From Candidatus Eiseniibacteriota bacterium (GTDB taxonomy: Bacteria > Eisenbacteria > RBG-16-71-46), in contig JBGPFC010000042.1 in NCBI GenBank assembly GCA_041483195.1, positions 1-29,083 of the forward strand: a stretch of 29,083 bases of DNA, read 5' to 3'. Within the stretch, counting starts at the first letter, position 1. Each line of letters begins with the position of its first letter. Below the pieces are notes generated by a model. The model was not told the origin of the DNA and did not search any database. It worked only from the letters and a program-made list of their open reading frames with translations. The position numbers and the translations under genes were made by a program. Below are positions 1 through 7,535 of this stretch, piece after piece.

Positions 1-1
1 C

Positions 2-2236
2 CTAGTTGTCGGTCGCGGCCCCCGGGTAGAGCCTCTCGAATTCGGGATCGCCGTGCAGCAGGGCGAGGTCGGGATCGCGGCGCGCCCAGGTCGGGTCGCG
101 GAATCCCGCCTCCCACGACTTGCGCAGCGCGTCCATCGCCTCCGGCTTGCGCTTCATCGAGCAGAACGCGCACGCCGCGTTGTAGAGCACGGTGGCTTCG
201 TTCGGGCGCAGCGCGATCGCGAGGCTCGCCTCGCGCATCGCGTCCTCCTCGCGGCCGGTGTCTGCGTAGTCGCCCGCCAGATGAATGCGCGCGCGCGCAT
301 CCTCTGGCACCTGTTTCAGGTGGTTCTCGAGCGCGACGATCTTCCGCTGGAGCACGTTGCGCTGCGCCTCGGCCTTGCCGAGCGCACCGAGGGCGTTCTG
401 GATCGGGACGTACACGTTGTAGTCCTCTCCGCACGCGTCGAGGGCGGTGTCCGCCATCGCCGCGACGTCCTGATAGCGCCCCGACGCGAACAGCGCCCGG
501 CCGAGCAGGTAGTACGCGCCCTCGCAATCGCGCTTGCGATCGATCGCCTGCTCGACGCATCGCACCGCCTCGTCGTGCTCGCCGGCCGCGTAGAGGATCC
601 AGGCCTGCGCGACCTGGACTTCGGGAAGGTGCGGGCGCAGCTCGACCGCGCGCTTCGAGGCCGCCATCGCCCGCTCGAGCCAGACCGGATCGCGGCCGTA
701 GTTGTAGTGATTCTGCGCGCACACGTTGGCGATCGCCGCGTGCGCGAGGGCGAACTCGGGATCCATCGCCACGGCGTTCTCGAACATCTGGAGCGCGAAC
801 TCGAGATCCTGCCGCGTGAGCCGGCGCGCGTAGCTCTTGCCTCTCAGATACAGATCGTAGGCCTGGAGGTTCTCGGTGGGCCTCGCGGCCAGTGCCTCCT
901 GCTCCTGCGGCGTGAGCGTGATGCGAAGGGCCTCCGCGATCTTGCGCGCGATCTCGTCCTGCACCTCGAAGACGTCCTTCATCTCGCGGTCGTAGCGCTC
1001 CGACCACAGCGGAAAATCGGTCTGGGTGTCCACCAGCTGGGCGTTGATGCGCAATCGGTTCCCGGCGCGGCGCAGGCTGCCCGCCAGCACGTAGGCGGCT
1101 CGGAGCTGCTGTCCGATCTGCGCGGGCGTGACCTGCTTGTCGCGGTAGGCGAGCACCGTCGGACGCGAGTAGATGTTCAGGCCCTTGATCTTCGACAGCT
1201 CGGTGATGATGTCCTCGGTGATCCCGTCGCGGAAGTACTCGTCTTCCTTCACGCCGCTCAGGTTCTCGAAGTAGAGCACCGCGATCGACCGCTCGGCCTG
1301 CCTGCCCGCGCCGCCGCGCGAATCGCCGCTCTCCGCGGCGCGCTTGCGTCCCGAGTCCAGGTCGCGCTTGAGGCGCGCGATGTCGGTCTTGAGATCGTTG
1401 GCGTTCTGGTAGCGCATGCTCCGGTCCTTCTCGAGCGCCTTGTCGAGGATGCGCCCGAAGTCCGGCGGCAGCTTCGGGTCCAGCTCGGTGACCGGCCTGG
1501 GGTCGCGATTGAGAATCGCCTCGTACACCACCGCCGAGGTCTCGCCCTGGAACGGCAGCGCCCCGGTCGCCATCTGGTAGAGCACCGTGCCCAGCGAGAA
1601 CAGGTCGGTGCGCGCGTCGGTGAGCTGCCCGCGCGCCTGCTCCGGCGACATGTACGACACCGTCCCCATCGCCGTGCCCGGCGCCGTCAGCTCGTCGCGC
1701 GCGCCCATGGTCTCCAATTGGGAGGCCGCGCCCGCTCCATCACCGGGCCGCCGCGCGCCCTCGATCTTCGCCAGGCCGAAGTCGAGGATCTTCACCTGCC
1801 CGCGGACGTTCACGAAGATGTTGGCGGGCTTGATGTCGCGGTGCACGATCCCTTTTGCGTGCGCAGACTCCAGCGCGTCCGCGATCTGCAGCGCGATCGC
1901 CAGCAGCGGCTCGAGCTCGAACGGCTGGCGGCCCATCATCTGCGCCAGCGTCTGGCCCTCGAGCAGCTCCATCACGATGAAATGCTGCCGCTCGTGCTGC
2001 TCGATCGAGTACACCGTGCAGATGTTGGGGTGATTGAGCGCGGACGCCGCGCGCGCCTCGCGCTGGAAGCGCTCCAGCGTCTGCGCGTCCTGCGCGAGGT
2101 CTTCGGGGAGAAACTTGAGCGCGACCCTCCGCCCGAGGCGGGAGTCCTCGGCCTCGTACACCACGCCCATGCCCCCGCTGCCGAGCATCCGGGCGATGGT
2201 GTAGTGCGAGATGGTGTTGCCGAGCAGGGAGTCCAT
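2..2236 (-). CDS. Hanks-type Ser/Thr protein kinase with TolB-like/FlgO-type domain and C-terminal TPRs (cytoplasmic)
   Basis: Kinase motifs [21 protein letters not shown] and [10 protein letters not shown], then [11 protein letters not shown]...[11 protein letters not shown] (TolB-N-like), TPRs, and an end cap YNAAC...DPDL. No TM segment seen. ATG 2236 preferred over TTG 2278, which lies in the -35 box. Confidence 0.95.
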   Translation of the reverse strand: MDSLLGNTISHYTIARMLGSGGMGVVYEAEDSRLGRRVALKFLPEDLAQDAQTLERFQREARAASALNHPNICTVYSIEQHERQHFIVMELLEGQTLAQMMGRQPFELEPLLAIALQIADALESAHAKGIVHRDIKPANIFVNVRGQVKILDFGLAKIEGARRPGDGAGAASQLETMGARDELTAPGTAMGTVSYMSPEQARGQLTDARTDLFSLGTVLYQMATGALPFQGETSAVVYEAILNRDPRPVTELDPKLPPDFGRILDKALEKDRSMRYQNANDLKTDIARLKRDLDSGRKRAAESGDSRGGAGRQAERSIAVLYFENLSGVKEDEYFRDGITEDIITELSKIKGLNIYSRPTVLAYRDKQVTPAQIGQQLRAAYVLAGSLRRAGNRLRINAQLVDTQTDFPLWSERYDREMKDVFEVQDEIARKIAEALRITLTPQEQEALAARPTENLQAYDLYLRGKSYARRLTRQDLEFALQMFENAVAMDPEFALAHAAIANVCAQNHYNYGRDPVWLERAMAASKRAVELRPHLPEVQVAQAWILYAAGEHDEAVRCVEQAIDRKRDCEGAYYLLGRALFASGRYQDVAAMADTALDACGEDYNVYVPIQNALGALGKAEAQRNVLQRKIVALENHLKQVPEDARARIHLAGDYADTGREEDAMREASLAIALRPNEATVLYNAACAFCSMKRKPEAMDALRKSWEAGFRDPTWARRDPDLALLHGDPEFERLYPGAATDN

Positions 2237-2249
2237 GGCGAGGCCGGTC

Positions 2250-2278
2250 AAAGTAGAGGGTCGGTTCGGGAGGGTCAA
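2250..2278 (-). promoter_or_regulatory. sigma70-type promoter for the kinase gene
   Basis: Minus strand TTGACC-17 nt-TACTTT, 13 nt upstream of ATG 2236. Confidence 0.7.
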
Positions 2279-2287
2279 GCGCGAGCG

Positions 2288-4426
2288 CTACGCCAGCCCG
2301 CGTTTCCTGCGCCACGCCCACTCGATGCTGAGCGCGCCCACCACGAAACCGAACACCCACGGCGATTCCCAGAGTCGCGTGGACTCGCTGCGCCCGCGCG
2401 CCAGGGTGCGCGTTTCGAGCCCGCGCGCCCAGCGACCGACATCCCGCGCGCCGGTCACCTGTCCGCCGGATGCGCCCGCGATCGCGGCGAGCGTCGCGCG
2501 GTCGGGCTGCGTGCGTGCTTCTTCGAGACTCCAGCGATCCACCGCGAACTCGGATGCAGCGTGGCCCAGCTCGCGGCCGCCGCGGGACGCGCGCGCGCTC
2601 ACGCGGTAGGTGCCGGGCGGAAGATCGTCGAGCGAAACCGCGTAGCTCCCGGCCGCGGCGGCCTCGAATCGCACGTGGCGAGTGGTGCCGTTCGGGCCGG
2701 CCAGATCGCCATCGACGCTCGCGCCGGCCACCGGCTTGAAGGCCTCGTCCTGCAGCGTCGCGAACATTCGGGCCGGCTCGTCGCGAGTGAACAGCCGCCG
2801 CTCGGGCGTGACGCGCAGCGGCTCGCCCTGCACGGGCTCCGCGAGCCAGCGCGCGATGCGCCTCCACAGCCGGCGCCCGCGCTCTGGCGAAAGCTCGTCG
2901 TGCTGCGCGAGCGACCAGCGCCACAGCCCGGTGCCGTTCACCAGCAGCGCCTGCCCGCGCCCGATGCGGCGCGCGAACAGGATCGGCGGACCGTGCGGCG
3001 GCCCCGCGATGAGCACGCGATCGCCCGCCCCGGCCGCGACCGGCGTGAGATCCAGGGCCGGGGCCGCCGCGCGCCACGCCTGGTCGCCGCGAGCCGGATC
3101 GTCGTCCCAGGCGAGCAGCTCGCGCGCGTCGGGGGTGGGCAGCGGAACGCCGCTGCGCCCGGTGAACCCGCCGATGAGATCGAAAGCGAGGTCGCGGCCG
3201 AGCGCGCCGTTCTCGAAGCGCGTGAGTCCCGGCGGGCCGCCGCCGAACAACAGCAGTCCCCCGCCCTCCCGCACGAACGCCGCGAGCGCGCGATCGAACT
3301 CGGGGCTCACCGCCGGCGGCGCGATCCCGTCGAGCACCACGATCGCCTGCCCTCGCAGGTCGGAAGGACCGAGTCCCGCGGCGCGCACGCGATCGAGGTC
3401 GAACCAGCCTCCGCGCTCGCGCGCCACGGCCGTGACCGTCAGCGATGAATCGCCGCGCAGCGCGCGGCGCAGGAACGCGAGGTCCCAGTTGGGCCCGGCG
3501 CTCACGATCAGCACTCCCAGCTTGCCGGGCGCCACCTCGATCGCCACCTCGCGCGCGTTGTTCGCCGTCGAGATCTCGCCGGCGACCGAGTCCACGCGCG
3601 CGGTCCACACCGCGAGCCCGGCGCGCCCCGGCAGCGGTCGAAATTCGGCGGTGACATCGGCCCCGCTGCCGGGAGCGATCACCGTCGCGTGCCCGAGCTC
3701 GTGCCCGGGCTCCGTGAGCGTGACCCGGAGCGGCGTGCCGCGCGGCTCGCTGCTCGCGATCCGTACCCGCACCGGCGTCGCCTCGCCCACCCGCGCCCGC
3801 GCCGATGCATCGATGCCAGTGAGCGCGCGATCGAGTCCCGCGTCATCGCCGACGACCACCGCGTGCACCGGAAGTCCGAGCGCGCGGGCCGCGGCAACCG
3901 GATCCTCGCCGGCGTTGATCGCGCCATCGCTCACCACCACCACCCCGCTCGCCCGCGCGCCGGAGGGGGAAGCGCCGAGCGCCGCGAGCGCGTCGCCGAG
4001 CGCGGTCGCGCTCGCGTTCCCGGCACGCGCCGAATCGCTCGCGAGCCGGGACGCGAAGCTCAGCACCTCGACCGCGGCGCGTCCGCGCCACGCGCGCTTC
4101 AGCTCCGCGACCACCTGGCCGGCGAGCGCCGCCCGCGAAGCGCCGCCCGCCGACGCGGGCAGGTCCATGCTGCGCGAGCGGTCGAGCAGCACCACCACGC
4201 GGGTGTCGCCTCCCCGCACGCGCTCGACCACCGGCTGCGCGAGCAGCCAAGCGAGCGGCACCAGCGCGAGCATGCGCAGCGCGGGCAGCGCCCGGCGCGC
4301 GAGCCCGGGCAGCGGCGGGATCGCGAAGCGATACGCCCAGAGGCTCAAGCCGCCAAGCGCGAGGCTGAGCGCGAGGAGCGCGATCCACGGGGCGTTGGGT
4401 GCGAGATGAAACGAGAGGTCGGTCAC
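2288..4426 (-). CDS. Membrane-anchored vWA-domain protein with a probable glutamine amidotransferase-like (DUF1355-type) domain
   Basis: Two N-terminal TM helices, MIDAS-like LLDRSRSM...VVSDG, an NN-containing Ig-like module, FVREGGGLLLFGG, GLWRW, and a C-terminal TM ending EWAWRRKRGLA. GTG start. Confidence 0.8.
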   Translation of the reverse strand: MTDLSFHLAPNAPWIALLALSLALGGLSLWAYRFAIPPLPGLARRALPALRMLALVPLAWLLAQPVVERVRGGDTRVVVLLDRSRSMDLPASAGGASRAALAGQVVAELKRAWRGRAAVEVLSFASRLASDSARAGNASATALGDALAALGASPSGARASGVVVVSDGAINAGEDPVAAARALGLPVHAVVVGDDAGLDRALTGIDASARARVGEATPVRVRIASSEPRGTPLRVTLTEPGHELGHATVIAPGSGADVTAEFRPLPGRAGLAVWTARVDSVAGEISTANNAREVAIEVAPGKLGVLIVSAGPNWDLAFLRRALRGDSSLTVTAVARERGGWFDLDRVRAAGLGPSDLRGQAIVVLDGIAPPAVSPEFDRALAAFVREGGGLLLFGGGPPGLTRFENGALGRDLAFDLIGGFTGRSGVPLPTPDARELLAWDDDPARGDQAWRAAAPALDLTPVAAGAGDRVLIAGPPHGPPILFARRIGRGQALLVNGTGLWRWSLAQHDELSPERGRRLWRRIARWLAEPVQGEPLRVTPERRLFTRDEPARMFATLQDEAFKPVAGASVDGDLAGPNGTTRHVRFEAAAAGSYAVSLDDLPPGTYRVSARASRGGRELGHAASEFAVDRWSLEEARTQPDRATLAAIAGASGGQVTGARDVGRWARGLETRTLARGRSESTRLWESPWVFGFVVGALSIEWAWRRKRGLA

Positions 4427-4476
4427 GGGCTCGCGGGTTCGGGCGGGACTGCGCGGCGGGAGCGCTGCGGCAACGC

Positions 4477-4506
4477 AGACTAGGGAGTGAGGCGGGCAGC
4501 TGACAA
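4477..4506 (-). promoter_or_regulatory. sigma70-type promoter for the vWA gene
   Basis: Minus strand TTGTCA-18 nt-TAGTCT in the intergenic region. Confidence 0.55.
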
Positions 4507-4600
4507 GCGGATTGTGCGCGAAGCGCGCCGGCGGGCGCGGCGTCCGGAGCGCGTCAACTCCCCGCGGCCCCCGCCGGCCGCCGGCCGCCGCCCCGGGGGA

Positions 4601-5101
4601 TTACTTCTCGGCGCGCTGCTGGTCGGCGAGCCGCAGGCCTTCGAGGATCATGCGGTCCACCTCGAGGTCGAGCTGGATGTCCTCGTCCTCGATCCGCTCG
4701 CCTGGAAAGAACCGGAACCGTCCCGCGCGCCACAACATGACGGCGTAGACGATGCGCTTCATCACGTCCTGCACCGCCTGCTGGAGCTGGTCGGGCGTGA
4801 TGACCCCGTTGGCCACGAGCAGGTGGCCGATGCGCTCGCCGGGGCGATCCTGCTGGAGCGCGAGCGCCAGCTCGAGCGCGTCGGGCGTGATCACGCCGCG
4901 ATGCACCAGCACCTGCCCGGCCTTGACCGCCTGCCCGTTGGTGCGCGCGAACACCGGCCGGCCGCGCTCGATGAAGAGATCGGTGCGCTCGCCGGGGCGC
5001 TCCAGCTCGAGCCGCCCATTGACCTGCGAGAGCTGGAGCAACTGCAGCACCTCGGTCGCGAAGAAGTGGCCGAGGTCGCCTTCGAGCGCCGGTTCGCTCA
5101 T
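4601..5101 (-). CDS. DUF4388 (PATAN-like) domain protein with tandem MshEN-like motifs
   Basis: LEGDLGHF...EVLQLL...GRL, W.AG.F.F and ILEGLRLAD are typical of DUF4388. Internal repeats KAGQVLVHRGVITPDAL and RIGHLLVANGVITPDQL. GGGAG lies upstream of ATG 5101. Confidence 0.85.
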   Translation of the reverse strand: MSEPALEGDLGHFFATEVLQLLQLSQVNGRLELERPGERTDLFIERGRPVFARTNGQAVKAGQVLVHRGVITPDALELALALQQDRPGERIGHLLVANGVITPDQLQQAVQDVMKRIVYAVMLWRAGRFRFFPGERIEDEDIQLDLEVDRMILEGLRLADQQRAEK

Positions 5102-5157
5102 GCCGCGCTCCCTGCCGCGGCCGCGGAGCGTGCCGCCCCCGGCGCCCGGTCGCTCAT
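5098..5157 (-). other. Possible 19-codon bridging mini-ORF (MSDRAPGAARSAAAAGSAA)
   Basis: Its ATG overlaps the upstream gene's TGA (ATGA), and its own TGA overlaps the downstream gene's ATG (ATGA). Confidence 0.3.
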
Positions 5158-6068
5158 CGCGCGCCCCACCGCACGTCGCCCACCACGCGGCCCTGGACAT
5201 CGGCCTTGCCGGTCATGACCCGCAGGTTGTACCAGCCGAGCGCGACCGTGTAGCCAACGGTGGCGATCAGCAGCGCGCCGAGCGCGATCTCGGTGAGCGG
5301 GGCGAGCCGCTCGGCGAGGCCGCCCTGCACCACGTGCAGCAGGGTGAAGAGTGCCACCAGCGCCGACATCACAACGCCGGTGAGCCGGCCGAACAGCGTC
5401 GGCTGAATCCGCACCGGCCCGACGAACAGGTAGAAGCACGCGCCGCCCGCGAGCAGGATGCCGTAGCGCGTGCACGCGACATAGAACACCCAGGGGCTCA
5501 GCAGTCCGGCCGCCGCGAGCCCGCCGAAGATCGCGAGGTTGAAGACGATGTCCACCAGCGGATCGAGGATCGTGCCGAGGCTGGTCGTCTGTTTCCAGCG
5601 GCGCGCGAGCCAGCCGTCCGCGACGTCCGAGAGCGCTGCAATCAGATACGCCGAGAACGCCAGCGTGAATTCGCGCTCGACCAGGAACAGCACGATCCCC
5701 GGCAGCAGGACGACGCGCAGCAGCGTGAGCGCGGTCGGGAGATTGAGGGCGGACAGCCGGTAACCGTCGCGATCTCGCAGCAGCTCGAGGTGAAACGTGA
5801 CCAGCGTGAACGCCGGGAGAATGCCGAGCGCCGTTGCGAGAAAGAAATCGTAGGCGAGGTGACGGTCGTACCGCAGCGCGAGCGCGACGGCCGTGACGAA
5901 CGCCGCGGCGAAGAAGACCAGCGCGACGCTCCACACCGAGCGCACCGCGCCCGGGTTCGCCACCATGTTCTCCCGCACCCGCTGCGCGACGCGGCGCACG
6001 TACAGGACCCACGCACGCGGGGTGAAGCGGTCGCGGCGGAGATCCTGAAGGTATTCCTCGATGAACAC
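5154..6068 (-). CDS. CDP-alcohol phosphatidyltransferase family protein with an N-terminal membrane extension
   Basis: Signature SDVADGWLARRWKQTTSLGTILDPLVD, NLPTALTLLR, and multiple TM helices. GTG start with GGAGG upstream. Confidence 0.92.
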   Translation of the reverse strand: MFIEEYLQDLRRDRFTPRAWVLYVRRVAQRVRENMVANPGAVRSVWSVALVFFAAAFVTAVALALRYDRHLAYDFFLATALGILPAFTLVTFHLELLRDRDGYRLSALNLPTALTLLRVVLLPGIVLFLVEREFTLAFSAYLIAALSDVADGWLARRWKQTTSLGTILDPLVDIVFNLAIFGGLAAAGLLSPWVFYVACTRYGILLAGGACFYLFVGPVRIQPTLFGRLTGVVMSALVALFTLLHVVQGGLAERLAPLTEIALGALLIATVGYTVALGWYNLRVMTGKADVQGRVVGDVRWGAR

Positions 6069-6095
6069 GCGGCCCCCTCCCTGAACCCTGCCCGC

Positions 6096-6124
6096 AGAAT
6101 AGGCCGCGACCCGGATCGCGGCAA
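6096..6124 (-). promoter_or_regulatory. sigma70-type promoter for the CDP-alcohol transferase/DUF4388 unit
   Basis: Minus strand TTGCCG-17 nt-TATTCT. Confidence 0.6.
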
Positions 6125-6129
6125 CCCGG

Positions 6130-6157
6130 TTGCGCACGCCGTCCGAGCCGTTAGGAT
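6130..6157 (+). promoter_or_regulatory. sigma70-type promoter for the plus-strand cluster
   Basis: TTGCGC-16 nt-TAGGAT, back-to-back with the minus-strand promoter. Confidence 0.5.
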
Positions 6158-6205
6158 GAAGCGCGTCCACTGGGGCGGTACGCCCGGGACCGGCGGGAGG
6201 CGGAG

Positions 6206-6808
6206 ATGCGAGCAGGAGGGTCGCGTGCGGCGCGGCTCGCGTGGGCGGCGGTCGTGATCGTGATCGGGGTCATCGCCTGGCGGGGGCTGCGCCATCGGTC
6301 CGAGCCTGCGCACGCCCCCGCCGATGCGCTCGCCGCCCTCGACGCGCGGCAGGCTTACACGACCGGTGTCGCGCTCATGCGGCATGGCAACTCGCAGGCG
6401 GGCCTTCCCTACCTGCGGCACGCCCTCGCGCTGCGCCCGGAGTTGTGGCAGGTCCACACCGACTACGCCGCGGCCGAGCTGAACACCGTGGCCGACGCGC
6501 GCGAGCATCGCGGGCTCGCGGGGTCCGTCACGCGGTCGAGCTGGGAGCGGTCCGAGTTCATTCGAGAGGCCCTCTCCGAATTGGAGGAAGGCGCGCGGCT
6601 GGCGAAGACGCAGCCGGACCGGGCGTACGTCATCGGACTTCGCGCGCAGTTCTTCGCGACCTGGGGCGCGCGCTGGGACGGCCTCGCGCTCTACGCGGCC
6701 GCGCTTCGCATGAGCCCGGGATCGCCGGCGCTGGCCGCGAACCATCACCTGCTGCTCGTCCTGATGCGCGACCCGGTGCCGGGCGCGCGCGGGGTCCCGG
6801 GCGCATGA
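6206..6808 (+). CDS. Single-TM helical (TPR-like) protein, RSSWER paralog 1
   Basis: GGGAGG RBS, N-terminal TM, TPR-like ALALRP, and visible similarity to the genes at 6805 and 9671. Confidence 0.8.
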   Translation: MRAGGSRAARLAWAAVVIVIGVIAWRGLRHRSEPAHAPADALAALDARQAYTTGVALMRHGNSQAGLPYLRHALALRPELWQVHTDYAAAELNTVADAREHRGLAGSVTRSSWERSEFIREALSELEEGARLAKTQPDRAYVIGLRAQFFATWGARWDGLALYAAALRMSPGSPALAANHHLLLVLMRDPVPGARGVPGA

Positions 6809-7467
6809 GCCGGCGCGATCGGCGTTCGCGCGGGGCGAGTGTCCGGGCCGCGCGCCCCGCGCCAGCACCCGCCGCGCGCGCGGGCCGCGTTGCGGCGCCC
6901 GGCATCGCCCTCGCGATCGTGGTCGCGGCGGCGGCGGCCGCGGCGTGGTGGGCGCTCAGGCCCCATCCATCGGTCGCGCCCACGACGATCGTTTCGCCAT
7001 CCGAGGCGTACCGGCGCGCGCTCCGCCTCGGGCTCGACGGGCGATTCGATGAGAGCATTCCCATGTTCCGGCTCGCCGAGCGGGCGGCCGGAGTGGACCT
7101 CGCGCGGCTTCACGTCAACTTCGCGGCATCCCTCTACAACGCATGCTTCCAGCCCCGGCGCGGCGGCGGGAACATTCCCGTGTCGCGTTCCAGCTTCGAG
7201 CGCGTTGCGATGATGCGCGAGGCGATCGATCACGCGGACCGCGCCGCCCGCTACGACATGACGCCGGCCCGCCGTGTGTTCCTGGTCCGCGAACGAGGCG
7301 AGTGGATGCAGGCGTGGGGGTTCACGTGGGAGGCATTCGTGCAATATCGGCAGGCGGTGAGCGCCGATCCTTCCTCGCGCGACCAGGCGATGCACGCCCG
7401 GGCGTTCATGACGCTGATGCAGCACCCCGATCGCTACTCGCTCGAGTCGGTGCCCCTGACGCCCTGA
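6805..7467 (+). CDS. Single-TM helical (TPR-like) protein, RSSFER paralog 2
   Basis: ATGA overlap with the upstream gene, Arg-rich N-terminus, TM, and shared motifs AY, RSSFER, REA, WG..W, ADP. Confidence 0.8.
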   Translation: MSRRDRRSRGASVRAARPAPAPAARAGRVAAPGIALAIVVAAAAAAAWWALRPHPSVAPTTIVSPSEAYRRALRLGLDGRFDESIPMFRLAERAAGVDLARLHVNFAASLYNACFQPRRGGGNIPVSRSSFERVAMMREAIDHADRAARYDMTPARRVFLVRERGEWMQAWGFTWEAFVQYRQAVSADPSSRDQAMHARAFMTLMQHPDRYSLESVPLTP

Positions 7468-7500
7468 TCGCGGCGGCGACCCGGCCTCTGCGCACCGCGC

Positions 7501-7529
7501 TCGACGCGCGTGCGGAACCGCAGTAGCCT
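7501..7529 (+). promoter_or_regulatory. Possible promoter for a leaderless glycosidase transcript
   Basis: TCGACG-17 nt-TAGCCT with 6 nt before ATG 7536. No SD sequence. Confidence 0.45.
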
Positions 7530-7535
7530 GCCCGG

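Noticed and set aside
53..3448. 1131-aa plus-strand ORF
   Set aside because: Antisense shadow of the kinase and vWA genes. Arg/Ala-rich with no motifs, as expected in high-GC DNA.
4558..4600. GC-only stretch with short CCGGCCG repeats and TCCCC/GGGGA ends
   Set aside because: Low complexity, imperfect stem and no U-tract. Not supportable as a terminator or repeat element.
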